A stretch of 32,000 bases of DNA from Candidatus Saccharimonas aalborgensis (GCF_000392435.1 NC_021219.1:360001-392000); one strand, 5' to 3'; shown: positions 18,421 through 25,563, counted from the first letter of the stretch. The notes: a model not told the origin generated them from the sequence alone. Program-made: numbers and translations.

Positions 18421-18740
18421 TGTCTCGAAATCCCCAAAGCCACATTAGTGCAACTGACATCGACAAAGGTGCGCAAGATATTAAGATGTTTCTTTGGGAG
18501 AAGTACGATCCCAATGACGACCTTATATACCCGATAATTGCCGACTGGGACGACCTGCTGGCGCGGACAATCGACAAGGCGAGCTACAGCTCACTTTCCC
18601 GCGATGAAGTCCTCAGTATTCTGTTTGGACTGATTCATCGCAATCGGGTTGTTGAAGGTCTGTGGTGGTCGATGTTTGAGCGTGGTGTAATACAAAAGCT
18701 GCTACATCAATTACAGACTCTAGATACTGATAGATACTGA
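18420..18740 (+). CDS. Hypothetical small cytoplasmic protein, element cargo
   Basis: Its GTG start overlaps the upstream stop (TAGTG); an alternative ATG lies at 18486. No TM segment and no known motif. Confidence 0.4.
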   Translation: MSRNPQSHISATDIDKGAQDIKMFLWEKYDPNDDLIYPIIADWDDLLARTIDKASYSSLSRDEVLSILFGLIHRNRVVEGLWWSMFERGVIQKLLHQLQTLDTDRY

Positions 18741-18890
18741 AATACTCGGTTTTTGCTCCGTTTAAAGGTACTGATATCGTTCAGGTTTATTCGAGTAAAT
18801 ACGAGTAGTATATTAAGTCCTCATAGCTGACGACAATAGCACAGGCTACAGTAGCCAACAGGGACAAATCATGCTATATTAGCTTAGCAT

Positions 18891-18967
18891 GGCAGCGTAG
18901 CTCAGTTGGTTAGAGCGCGAGACTCATAAGCTCGAGGTCACAGGATCATTCCCTGTCGCTGCTACCA
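18891..18967 (+). tRNA. Element-borne complete tRNA, anticodon CAU (Met or lysidine-Ile2 type), genomically encoded CCA, non-canonical T-loop
   Basis: GGCAGCG-TA-GCTC-AGTTGGTTA-GAGC-G-CGAGA-CTCATAA-GCTCG-AGGTC-ACAGG-ATCATTC-CCTGT-CGCTGCT-A-CCA (77 nt). All stems pair except A31/G39 and the G1-U72 wobble. An extended -10 box TGcTATATT lies at 18872..18880. Confidence 0.8.
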
Positions 18968-18988
18968 TTTTGATTTTAGTGAATAGAT

Positions 18989-19039
18989 TGACGGCTTAAA
19001 AAGACGGCTATAGCGCCAATCATAAGCCGTCTATAGCGC
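18989..19039. repeat. Cluster of arm-type motifs in the attR arm
   Basis: TGACGGCTTA at 18989..18998, GACGGCTA at 19003..19010, and the inverted TAAGCCGTC at 19023..19031. In addition, the direct repeat CTATAGCGC occurs at 19008..19016 and 19031..19039. Confidence 0.6.
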
Positions 19040-19096
19040 ACTTGTGCAAGCCTGTACGTCTGGGCAAAGTCTCCAATATTAGCGTCAATTGCAAGC

Positions 19097-19141
19097 CTCA
19101 TAAGCCTAAGGTCACTAGTTCGATCCTAGTCAGTGCTACCA
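19097..19141 (+). pseudogene. 3' half of the split tRNA(CAU) gene (attR core, T-arm, acceptor 3' strand, CCA)
   Basis: CTCATAA-GCCTA-AGGTC-ACTAG-TTCGATC-CTAGT-CAGTGCT-A-CCA. CAGTGCT pairs with GGCACTG at 14514..14520. The T-loop TTCGATC is canonical. Confidence 0.85.
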
Positions 19142-19180
19142 CAGAAAAACGACCACACTCAGGTGGTCGTTTTTCTGTGG
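19139..19180. terminator. Bidirectional hairpin terminator (18-bp perfect stem)
   Basis: CCACAGAAAAACGACCAC-actcag-GTGGTCGTTTTTCTGTGG. It starts at the tRNA CCA and also lies 20 nt past the stop of the convergent 19200..19598 gene. Confidence 0.7.
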
Positions 19181-19199
19181 TAGGGCGGTAGGTCCTAGT

Positions 19200-19598
19200 T
19201 TAGCTACTTACTGGCTTACTTATAGTAAAGAGTTTTGCAATACCCCAGGCGATCAATGCATAGACGACCATTGCTACCAAACTTGCGCTATCAAGCGCAT
19301 GCGACCCGTCAGCAGGGGTCAGGAATATACCCGTGAAGGGTGCTGAGAACACTCCAGAGAGTGCATACACAAATCCGACGAAACTTGATGATTGGCTCGC
19401 GCCAAGCAAAAAGAAGAGCACTCTGAGTGCCAAAAGTACAATGATAAATCCGGCGATATACCACATGACACGAGACATAACCACCGAGCTACTGGTTGTG
19501 GTTGAAGTTGCAACTGTTTGACGTTGGACAGAGGTGGCACCATCACGCACATTTGTCTCTCGAACTTCGGTTGTTTGTTGCTGATCATCTTGTAACAT
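19200..19598 (-). CDS. YggT-family-like small membrane protein
   Basis: 132 aa. Polar N-terminus, then VMWYIAGFIIVLLALRVLFFLL...FVYALSGVFSAPFTGIF...LDSASLVAMVVYALIAWGI, which matches the YggT repeat pattern from memory. Confidence 0.5.
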   Translation of the reverse strand: MLQDDQQQTTEVRETNVRDGATSVQRQTVATSTTTSSSVVMSRVMWYIAGFIIVLLALRVLFFLLGASQSSSFVGFVYALSGVFSAPFTGIFLTPADGSHALDSASLVAMVVYALIAWGIAKLFTISKPVSS

Positions 19599-19979
19599 AC
19601 TGTTCTCTCCGTTTACACGTTTCTTGTTTCAGTATGCGAGATACGACAGGATAGCCGGTATGATAATTTTCACGATTTCGCTTTATTCCAAAACGATGTC
19701 GGCTAGTCGCTCGTCATGATGCGACTCCACAAATGTCCGCAGCTCCTCGCTGCTCCGCTGACGGCTCCAAGTGGCAAGGCCAAAGACGTCGCCTGTGCCG
19801 ACAGATTCTTGATCGATTGTGTTCATGGTGTTTGTTGCGCCTTTTTGTTATGTGTTGTCTTATAGGTTTAATATAGCACAAAATTAACAAAAAAGCAATA
19901 GCATTTTGCTGATTTTTTGACCTCATTGACACGCTTATGGTATAAATGGTCTTGAGAGGAATCTTATTTATACACAAAC

Positions 19980-20702
19980 ATGGATACTTACACTTCATTC
20001 GCCATCATAGCGCTCGCGGCGTTGATTCACGCAAGTTTCCAACTAAGCGTTAGTATGCTTACACTACTAGGTGGTCACAGTCTCAGTCGCAACGTATCAC
20101 GGCGGCGTCTCCTGCATCTCAGTAGTAGCTTTGTCGTGGGTACTCTGGTCATGACAACGTTACTGCTAATTATGGCAAGCTATGTCTCGGGTACCTTCGC
20201 AAGACACGGCATGTCACCTTTTGCCTGGTCAATCGTGTCTGGACTAATGATGGGGCTTGGCGTCGCAGTATGGCTATTTTATTATCGACCCGGGCAAGGC
20301 ACTGCGCTTTGGATTCCAAGAGGAATGTCGCGTTTTTTGTCCGATCGTACAAAAACAACGACTTCGGGAACAGAAGCATTTAGTCTGGGGCTGGTGAGTG
20401 GTATTTCTGAGCTCGTCTTTATAGCGGCGTCCCTCGTAGGAGCAGCGTTCGCTATCATTACACTCCCTAGCTCGTTCCAGCTACTGGGCGTTGCGCTGTA
20501 TGTTCTCATCAGTATTGCTCCCCTTGTGACAGTCTACTCATTGATTAGCAGTGGCACTCAGATAAGCCGTATTCAGCGCTGGCGCGAATCAAATAAACAG
20601 TTTTTGCAATATGCCGCCGGAAGTGGACTACTCATACTAGGGTTCTTTACCTTCGTCAACGAAGCGATCGCGGCGAGCGTCATCCTGCGGGGAGGGTTAT
20701 GA
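19980..20702 (+). CDS. Hypothetical polytopic membrane protein (about 6 TM)
   Basis: 240 aa and hydrophobic throughout, with no Cys and no recognised transporter signature. A candidate promoter is TTGACC (19917..19922), 18 nt, TGgTATAAA (19938..19946). The stop overlaps the next gene (ATGA). Confidence 0.6.
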   Translation: MDTYTSFAIIALAALIHASFQLSVSMLTLLGGHSLSRNVSRRRLLHLSSSFVVGTLVMTTLLLIMASYVSGTFARHGMSPFAWSIVSGLMMGLGVAVWLFYYRPGQGTALWIPRGMSRFLSDRTKTTTSGTEAFSLGLVSGISELVFIAASLVGAAFAIITLPSSFQLLGVALYVLISIAPLVTVYSLISSGTQISRIQRWRESNKQFLQYAAGSGLLILGFFTFVNEAIAASVILRGGL

Positions 20703-20989
20703 TGGTAGTAGTGACGGATGTTATAAAACAGTACCATCGCCGCCGCTCTTCGCAACCGTATGACCCAGAGAAACTAGCTGCAAGTATTTATGCTACCTGC
20801 CTCAGCCTCCATACGCCCGCGAGACAGGCCGAGCTAACTGCCAAACAGGTAAGTGACAACGTCTCGCTATGGCTTCAGGACAAGGCAGAAGTGACCAGCG
20901 AAGACCTTCGCCAGCGGGCGGCAAGCGCATTAAACGCACTGCATCCTGAAGCAGCATATTTATATCGACACCATAACGTTATCATGTAG
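20699..20989 (+). CDS. Stand-alone ATP-cone domain protein
   Basis: 96 aa. VIKQYHRRRSSQPYDPEKLAASIYATCLSL...TSEDLRQRAASAL follows the ATP-cone pattern (V.KrdGr...fd.eKi..si..a), as in NrdR and the RNR N-terminal domains. Confidence 0.55.
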   Translation: MMVVVTDVIKQYHRRRSSQPYDPEKLAASIYATCLSLHTPARQAELTAKQVSDNVSLWLQDKAEVTSEDLRQRAASALNALHPEAAYLYRHHNVIM

Positions 20990-21000
20990 AGGAGAGCACC

Positions 21001-22380
21001 GTGCCACGAAAATCACAGTTTGACTACGATCTCATTGTCATCGGCAGCGGCGCAGCGGGAAGCGCTGCAGCAACCATTGCCTCACGCGAGGGGAAACGGG
21101 TCGCAATCATCGAGGCCGATACGCTCGGTGGTGACTCGCCCAACTGGAGTGACGTCCCCATAAAAGCGCTGCTCCATGCTGCACAGCTCTATGATGAAGC
21201 CCGCCATGGAGCCCGCTTTGGTCTGCGATCTGCTACGCTCGGATACAATTACCCGTCACTTCGCGCCTGGAAAGAGCTCGCAGTAAAACGCACAGGCGCT
21301 AGTGGCAATCGAAAATTTTATGAATCTCAAGGCATTGACGTTTATCTCGGTGTAGCTCGTTTCCTTACCCCCAATGAGGTGTCAGTTAATCGCAAACATC
21401 TTTCGTCTGCGCATTTTTTGATTGCCACCGGTTCGCAGTGGACTCTGCCGGATATACAAGGCCTCCCCGAGGCGGGCTACCTAACACCACGAACCATTCT
21501 GGAATCACTTCGCCCGCCCAAAAGCCTCTATATCGTTGGCGCCGGTACAGTTGGTGTAGAAATCGCTCAGTTGATGGCGACATTTGGTACAAAAGTCTAC
21601 TTAGCAGAGGTTGCAAGCCGAATCCTACCAGATGAAGACGAAGAGGTAGGGGAGTTGATGTCGCGCTTACTAGAAGAACAAAAAGGTGTTACTTCCCTCA
21701 CCCACACTCGCACTCTTTCCGTGGTAAAAGACGGTCTTGGAAAGCGGGTCGTGTACTCGCGTGGTGGCATCGAAAAATCAGTTCGTGTCGATGAAGTTCT
21801 CGTGGCAGTCGGTCGTACTCCAGTCGTCGATATAGGTCTCGAGAATGCACACGTCGAATATACCGCCAAAGGTATAGAGGTGAATGAGTTCTTGCAGACG
21901 ACAGCCAAACATATTTACGCAGCGGGCGACGTGCTCGGGTATAACCGTCCGACACACAGCGCACTTCTCGAAAGTCGTGTCGTAGCACACAACGTTGTGT
22001 TAAAAAACAAGATTTCCCCTGACTATACTGCAACTCCCCGACTCACTTTTTCCTATCCAGGTGTTGCATCTGTCGGTCTTACCGAGGATGACTGTCTGAG
22101 ACGAGATCTCCGAATCGAAAAAACAATCGCTCCACTCACTATCGTCGCCCGGAGCAATACTAGTGACTTTCGTGATGGGTTCGTCAAAGTTATCACTGAC
22201 AAGCGCGGAGTGGTGCTTGGCGGAACTGTGGTTGCGCCGCACGCAGCAGAGATCATCCACGAGCTCACGCTGGCCGTCAAATATGAATTAACTGCTCACC
22301 AAGTTGCCGATACCCCGCACGCATTCTTGAGTTGGAGCGAAGCAGTGCGAGTCGCCTGCGGAAAGTTAGCAAAAAACTAA
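21001..22380 (+). CDS. Class-I pyridine nucleotide-disulfide oxidoreductase fold (Lpd/GR-like) lacking the redox-active cysteines
   Basis: 459 aa with a GTG start after GGAGAG. FAD motif is VIGSGAAGSAAA, NAD motif is IVGAGTVGVEIAQ, and the second FAD motif is AAGDV. The canonical GGTCxNxGCxPSK is replaced by GGDSPNWSDVPIK, and HAHPTLSE by PHAFLSWSE. Confidence 0.8.
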   Translation: MPRKSQFDYDLIVIGSGAAGSAAATIASREGKRVAIIEADTLGGDSPNWSDVPIKALLHAAQLYDEARHGARFGLRSATLGYNYPSLRAWKELAVKRTGASGNRKFYESQGIDVYLGVARFLTPNEVSVNRKHLSSAHFLIATGSQWTLPDIQGLPEAGYLTPRTILESLRPPKSLYIVGAGTVGVEIAQLMATFGTKVYLAEVASRILPDEDEEVGELMSRLLEEQKGVTSLTHTRTLSVVKDGLGKRVVYSRGGIEKSVRVDEVLVAVGRTPVVDIGLENAHVEYTAKGIEVNEFLQTTAKHIYAAGDVLGYNRPTHSALLESRVVAHNVVLKNKISPDYTATPRLTFSYPGVASVGLTEDDCLRRDLRIEKTIAPLTIVARSNTSDFRDGFVKVITDKRGVVLGGTVVAPHAAEIIHELTLAVKYELTAHQVADTPHAFLSWSEAVRVACGKLAKN

Positions 22381-22409
22381 CTTTATCATACCAATACGTA
22401 TTCTCATAA

Positions 22410-22438
22410 GGAAAACTCGTTAACAAACGAGTTTTTCC
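22410..22438. terminator. Hairpin terminator after the flavoprotein gene
   Basis: GGAAAACTCGTT-aaca-AACGAGTTTTTCC, a 12-bp stem with one extra T and a T-run. Confidence 0.7.
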
Positions 22439-22439
22439 C

Positions 22440-22458
22440 TGGTTGCGGGGGCAGGATT
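22440..22458 (-). repeat. 19-bp duplicate of the 3' end of the initiator tRNA gene (att-like scar)
   Basis: TGGTTGCGGGGGCAGGATT is identical to 22634..22652, which is the T-loop-to-CCA segment of the tRNA on the minus strand. The two sequences diverge immediately on both sides. Confidence 0.7.
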
Positions 22459-22632
22459 ATCGGCTAAAGCCTCTTCCGCTTGCTTATTCTGGCAGAATCA
22501 AGCTCTTCTATAATTGCACTGCGCTACACGAAGCAGCGACTACGCACGCTTTGCGTGCTGTCACAGAACCAAATCCCGTCGCCGCAAGGCCTAAAGAAAA
22601 ATACCCTACCCATGAGGGGTACGGCATTTTTC

Positions 22633-22711
<79 letters not shown>

Positions 22712-22739
22712 GCACATTCATCATCCTAACAGATGTAGC

Positions 22740-23180
22740 CTAGTTTTGCAAGCGAGCAGCTGAGCCGCCGAACAGGAATAGCATCCATTGCTCAAAATTT
22801 GTGAGTGTGCGAGTAGTAGCTGTTGGTGATTTCTCGGTAATGTTTGTTGCCTTCGCGGCAGCACTGTTGGGCGGCAATAGTAGTACCTTTTCTCCGGGCG
22901 CAGCCAAGCCTAGCCGTTCGCGAGCAGCTAGCTCCTTGTATTCATCACTTGCGTAGTAGTTTTTTTGGAGCTGCATAGTATCGACTTCAAGCTGGGTCAA
23001 TGCAAGTTTGCGCTCACGGGCATCAACTTCTTTCTGCAGGGCATAGTTACGTTGCATCGTCGTAATAGAACCCCACACCCAACCCGACACAACAATTGCC
23101 CCAATCAGTATCACAACGGTATTGAGCGTCGTATAACGCTTCAATCGATATATAACCTTTCTGAGTGTTTGGTCTGTCAT
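22740..23180 (-). CDS. Septum formation initiator family protein (FtsB/DivIC-like)
   Basis: 146 aa. N-terminal TM helix, a coiled coil (ALQKEVDARERKLALTQLEVDTMQLQ), and the conserved tail YASDEYKELAARERLGLAAPGEKVLLLP. Confidence 0.65.
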   Translation of the reverse strand: MTDQTLRKVIYRLKRYTTLNTVVILIGAIVVSGWVWGSITTMQRNYALQKEVDARERKLALTQLEVDTMQLQKNYYASDEYKELAARERLGLAAPGEKVLLLPPNSAAAKATNITEKSPTATTRTLTNFEQWMLFLFGGSAARLQN

Positions 23181-23241
23181 CTTACTGTTCGTATTATATC
23201 CTAGCGGCGAGCAAGTGCGCTATAATGGACAGTATAGCCTC

Positions 23242-23317
23242 GGGGGTGTAGCTCAGGGGTTAGAGCAGCGGGCTCATAACCTGTTGGTCGATGGTTCGAT
23301 CCCATCCACCCCCACCA
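23242..23317 (+). tRNA. tRNA with anticodon CAU (elongator Met or Ile2), encoded CCA
   Basis: GGGGGTG-TA-GCTC-AGGGGTTA-GAGC-A-GCGGG-CTCATAA-CCTGT-TGGTC-GATGG-TTCGATC-CCATC-CACCCCC-A-CCA (76 nt). A TATAAT box lies at 23221..23226. Confidence 0.88.
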
Positions 23318-23320
23318 ATC

Positions 23321-23353
23321 AAAAAACACCATGCTTTTTGGCTGGTGTTTTTT
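23321..23353. terminator. Bidirectional hairpin terminator
   Basis: AAAAAACACCA-tgctttttggc-TGGTGTTTTTT. It has an 11-bp stem flanked by an A-run and a T-run, and lies between the tRNA and the convergent 23370..23945 ORF. Confidence 0.75.
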
Positions 23354-23369
23354 GAGAGAAACATTATGG

Positions 23370-23945
23370 CTATTTTTGACGAACATCTGCACGTTGTGCC
23401 GAGATCTCATCTTTGCCTGTTTTTTGCTGAAGTGCCAGAAGTGTATGAAAGTTATTGCGCTGAGGCTTTTTATCTGGCCCATTGAACTGCCGTTTCATTG
23501 CAATGCGCGTCGGCGCCGATTCTGCACGAAGATCACGGGCTGTCAGTGTACCATTGGCAACAAGATAGTGTAAACCAGCTGCACGCGCAATATGCTCATC
23601 GGCTAATTGCGTGTGTACTAAGGCATTTTCAGCCGTCTGTGCTGGATACGGCGCCTTCCCTCCCCTGAGCCTTCCATCACGCATATGTGCTTGCGAAAGA
23701 TGAGATAACGCCCTATCAAGATGATAGGCTCGCTCAGCATGAGTCACAAATTCCTCACTTGGCACTGTGTCAATAAAACCCAGTGCTACTCCTTGTATTC
23801 CGAGACATTCTCGAGTTTCTGCGGAAAGAGCAAGCTCTCCCCCGTACGGTATACGAAGCGAGTCAGGAGTTGCGGTAGTATTCTTTTTGTCTGTGCGTAA
23901 ACGATTCACATAGAGAAATATAGCATAAACTTTATTATATGTCAA
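23370..23945 (-). CDS. Hypothetical protein (up to 191 aa; start uncertain)
   Basis: The ORF opens with TTG at 23945, but the first 30 nt also read as TTGACA-17 nt-TATATT, a good promoter. The true start may therefore be further in; there is no ATG before codon ~87. No motif recognised. Confidence 0.4.
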   Translation of the reverse strand: MTYNKVYAIFLYVNRLRTDKKNTTATPDSLRIPYGGELALSAETRECLGIQGVALGFIDTVPSEEFVTHAERAYHLDRALSHLSQAHMRDGRLRGGKAPYPAQTAENALVHTQLADEHIARAAGLHYLVANGTLTARDLRAESAPTRIAMKRQFNGPDKKPQRNNFHTLLALQQKTGKDEISAQRADVRQK

Positions 23946-23954
23946 TATATGTTT

Positions 23955-24452
23955 CTAATATTCAAATACTCGGACCGATATCCCTTTTTGTCGAGCGCGT
24001 TCGATCGAATAGGTAGTGCCCCTACTCTGCCCTAGCCGAAACGCGACGAGTTCATCGGCGCAGGAGACGATACGTCGATTTCGCGCATGAAAGGCTCTTG
24101 CATCTATCGTCTCGATATCCCCTGAGTAGAAGAGTGTGTCCAGAGTGTTGCTTGCGAGGCTATGCAACTGCCGTATGGTCTCCTCGGCATCATCGCTTTT
24201 ACATTTTCCCTCAAGCGCTCGCCGACGTAATTCGTCGCTGTATTTTTCAACAGAGCCAGGGAGAAATAGCTTTACACGGCTAATATCAATTCCTGCTTCC
24301 AGAGCCATCCGTACTGCATAGGTGTCAGTGCCAGTACCACCCCCCGATACGATACCATACCCATCGGCTACCTTCTGAGTCACATAACGCTTGATATCAC
24401 GACGCATCTCTGGCGTTACATAGCGAGAACCGACAACGGCCAGCCACTTCAT
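23955..24452 (-). CDS. DprA/SLOG-fold (DUF2493-like) protein, stand-alone Rossmann domain
   Basis: 165 aa. LAVVGSRYV...GYGIVSGGGTGTDTYAVRMALEAG...RNRRIVSCADELVAF...SRGTTYSIERARQKGISVRVF matches the GSR / SGGxxGxD / ...GT pattern of DprA-type SLOG domains. Confidence 0.55.
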   Translation of the reverse strand: MKWLAVVGSRYVTPEMRRDIKRYVTQKVADGYGIVSGGGTGTDTYAVRMALEAGIDISRVKLFLPGSVEKYSDELRRRALEGKCKSDDAEETIRQLHSLASNTLDTLFYSGDIETIDARAFHARNRRIVSCADELVAFRLGQSRGTTYSIERARQKGISVRVFEY

Positions 24453-24458
24453 TTCGTC

Positions 24459-25562
24459 TTATTCCCAGGTGAAAAATTTGATCGCGATGATGTAAGCGAT
24501 AAACATCCACGCGGCAATGAGACCGATCTCGGGCAAGAGACTTATTAGGCTTGCATTCTCGGTCATAATACGACGGAAGCCATCGATAACCGGTGTAAGC
24601 GGTACGTAGCTCGATACACCCTGAAGCCATTCGGGATACATGAAACGGGGGAAGAAGCTGCCCGAGAGAAACATCATCGGAAATGAAATGAGGTTAGCAA
24701 GCGGTGCCGCTTGGTCTTCATTTTTTGCAAGCGAGCCAATAAGCAAGCCAAAGCCGACTGTCATCGCGCCCGATAACAGTGCAAATAGCCAGAAACTCAT
24801 CCAGTCACCGCGCATATTGAACTTAAATACGAGAAGTCCCATGATAATGACGGTTGCTAAGCTAAGCATGGCAATCAAGATAAAGTGAATCGCGTTAGCA
24901 AGAATCAATTGTCCGGAGGTAAAGGGTGCGGCAAAGAGTCGTTTATATGAACCTCGCTGCTTTTGCTGAGGCATAGCATTTGCCAGGCCAAAAATACCCA
25001 TACTCATCAGGCTAAAGCCAAGCAAGCCCGAAAAAGTATAGTCAAAATTGTTGAGGCCGGCCGTGTCTGTTGCCTTTTCGCTCACCTTAAGCGCGGCATC
25101 TGGCCTGCCAAGTTTGCGGTTTATCTCATCAAGGATTTGCTGCATCACCGCACTAACTGTCTTGCCTGATTGGTCAGAACCTTTTTGATAGTAGACGTTC
25201 ATGGTGCCCGAGGGAACGCGAGCTTCATTTATCGCCCCGAAGCTCTCGGGGAGCTCAACGATACTATCAATTTCTCCACGACTCATTTTTTGCTTGGCGC
25301 TTTCGATGGTTGTTATATCTTTGTTTACTTTAAACGCACTGTTCTCGCCTACTGATGTTGTAAACTCCTTTGAGAAACTATTGTTCGCATGGTCGAGAAT
25401 CGCAATGCGAAAACTAACAGAGTCATTGTTAAAAATCACACCAAATATAAACAGAAATATGAGTGGGAAAAGAAAGGTGAAGAAGAGTGAGACTTTATCA
25501 CGCATAAACCGCTTCTGAAATGCAACAAAGAGACCAAAGACAGCTTGCATATATCGTTTCAT
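24459..25562 (-). CDS. ABC-2 type transporter permease
   Basis: Start is the ATG at 25562, 1 nt after the ATPase stop. One N-terminal TM, a large extracytoplasmic loop, then 5 C-terminal TM segments, which is the typical ABC-2 exporter layout. Confidence 0.75.
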   Translation of the reverse strand: MKRYMQAVFGLFVAFQKRFMRDKVSLFFTFLFPLIFLFIFGVIFNNDSVSFRIAILDHANNSFSKEFTTSVGENSAFKVNKDITTIESAKQKMSRGEIDSIVELPESFGAINEARVPSGTMNVYYQKGSDQSGKTVSAVMQQILDEINRKLGRPDAALKVSEKATDTAGLNNFDYTFSGLLGFSLMSMGIFGLANAMPQQKQRGSYKRLFAAPFTSGQLILANAIHFILIAMLSLATVIIMGLLVFKFNMRGDWMSFWLFALLSGAMTVGFGLLIGSLAKNEDQAAPLANLISFPMMFLSGSFFPRFMYPEWLQGVSSYVPLTPVIDGFRRIMTENASLISLLPEIGLIAAWMFIAYIIAIKFFTWE

Positions 25563-25563
25563 G

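Larger units (their letters stand above)
14546..19113. mobile_element. ~4.55 kb integrative element (int-xis type) inserted in the anticodon loop region of a tRNA(CAU) gene
   Basis: It is bounded by 17-nt direct repeats: CTCATAAGCCTGAGGTC (14546..14562) and CTCATAAGCCTAAGGTC (19097..19113). Integrase and excisionase sit at the left end. Repeated GACGGCT(T)A motifs occur in both arms. The two host tRNA halves are complementary across the insertion. Confidence 0.85.

Noticed and set aside
19714-19998. 94-aa minus-strand ORF in the 19599..19979 intergenic region
   Set aside because: It is Cys/Arg/His-rich with low-complexity composition. It runs across the AT-rich promoter region of the 19980 gene and overlaps that gene's start. 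A different-frame 47-aa ORF (19683..19826; MNTIDQESVGTGDVFGLATWSRQRSSEELRTFVESHHDERLADIVLE) looks more protein-like but has a weak RBS, so I did not call it either.
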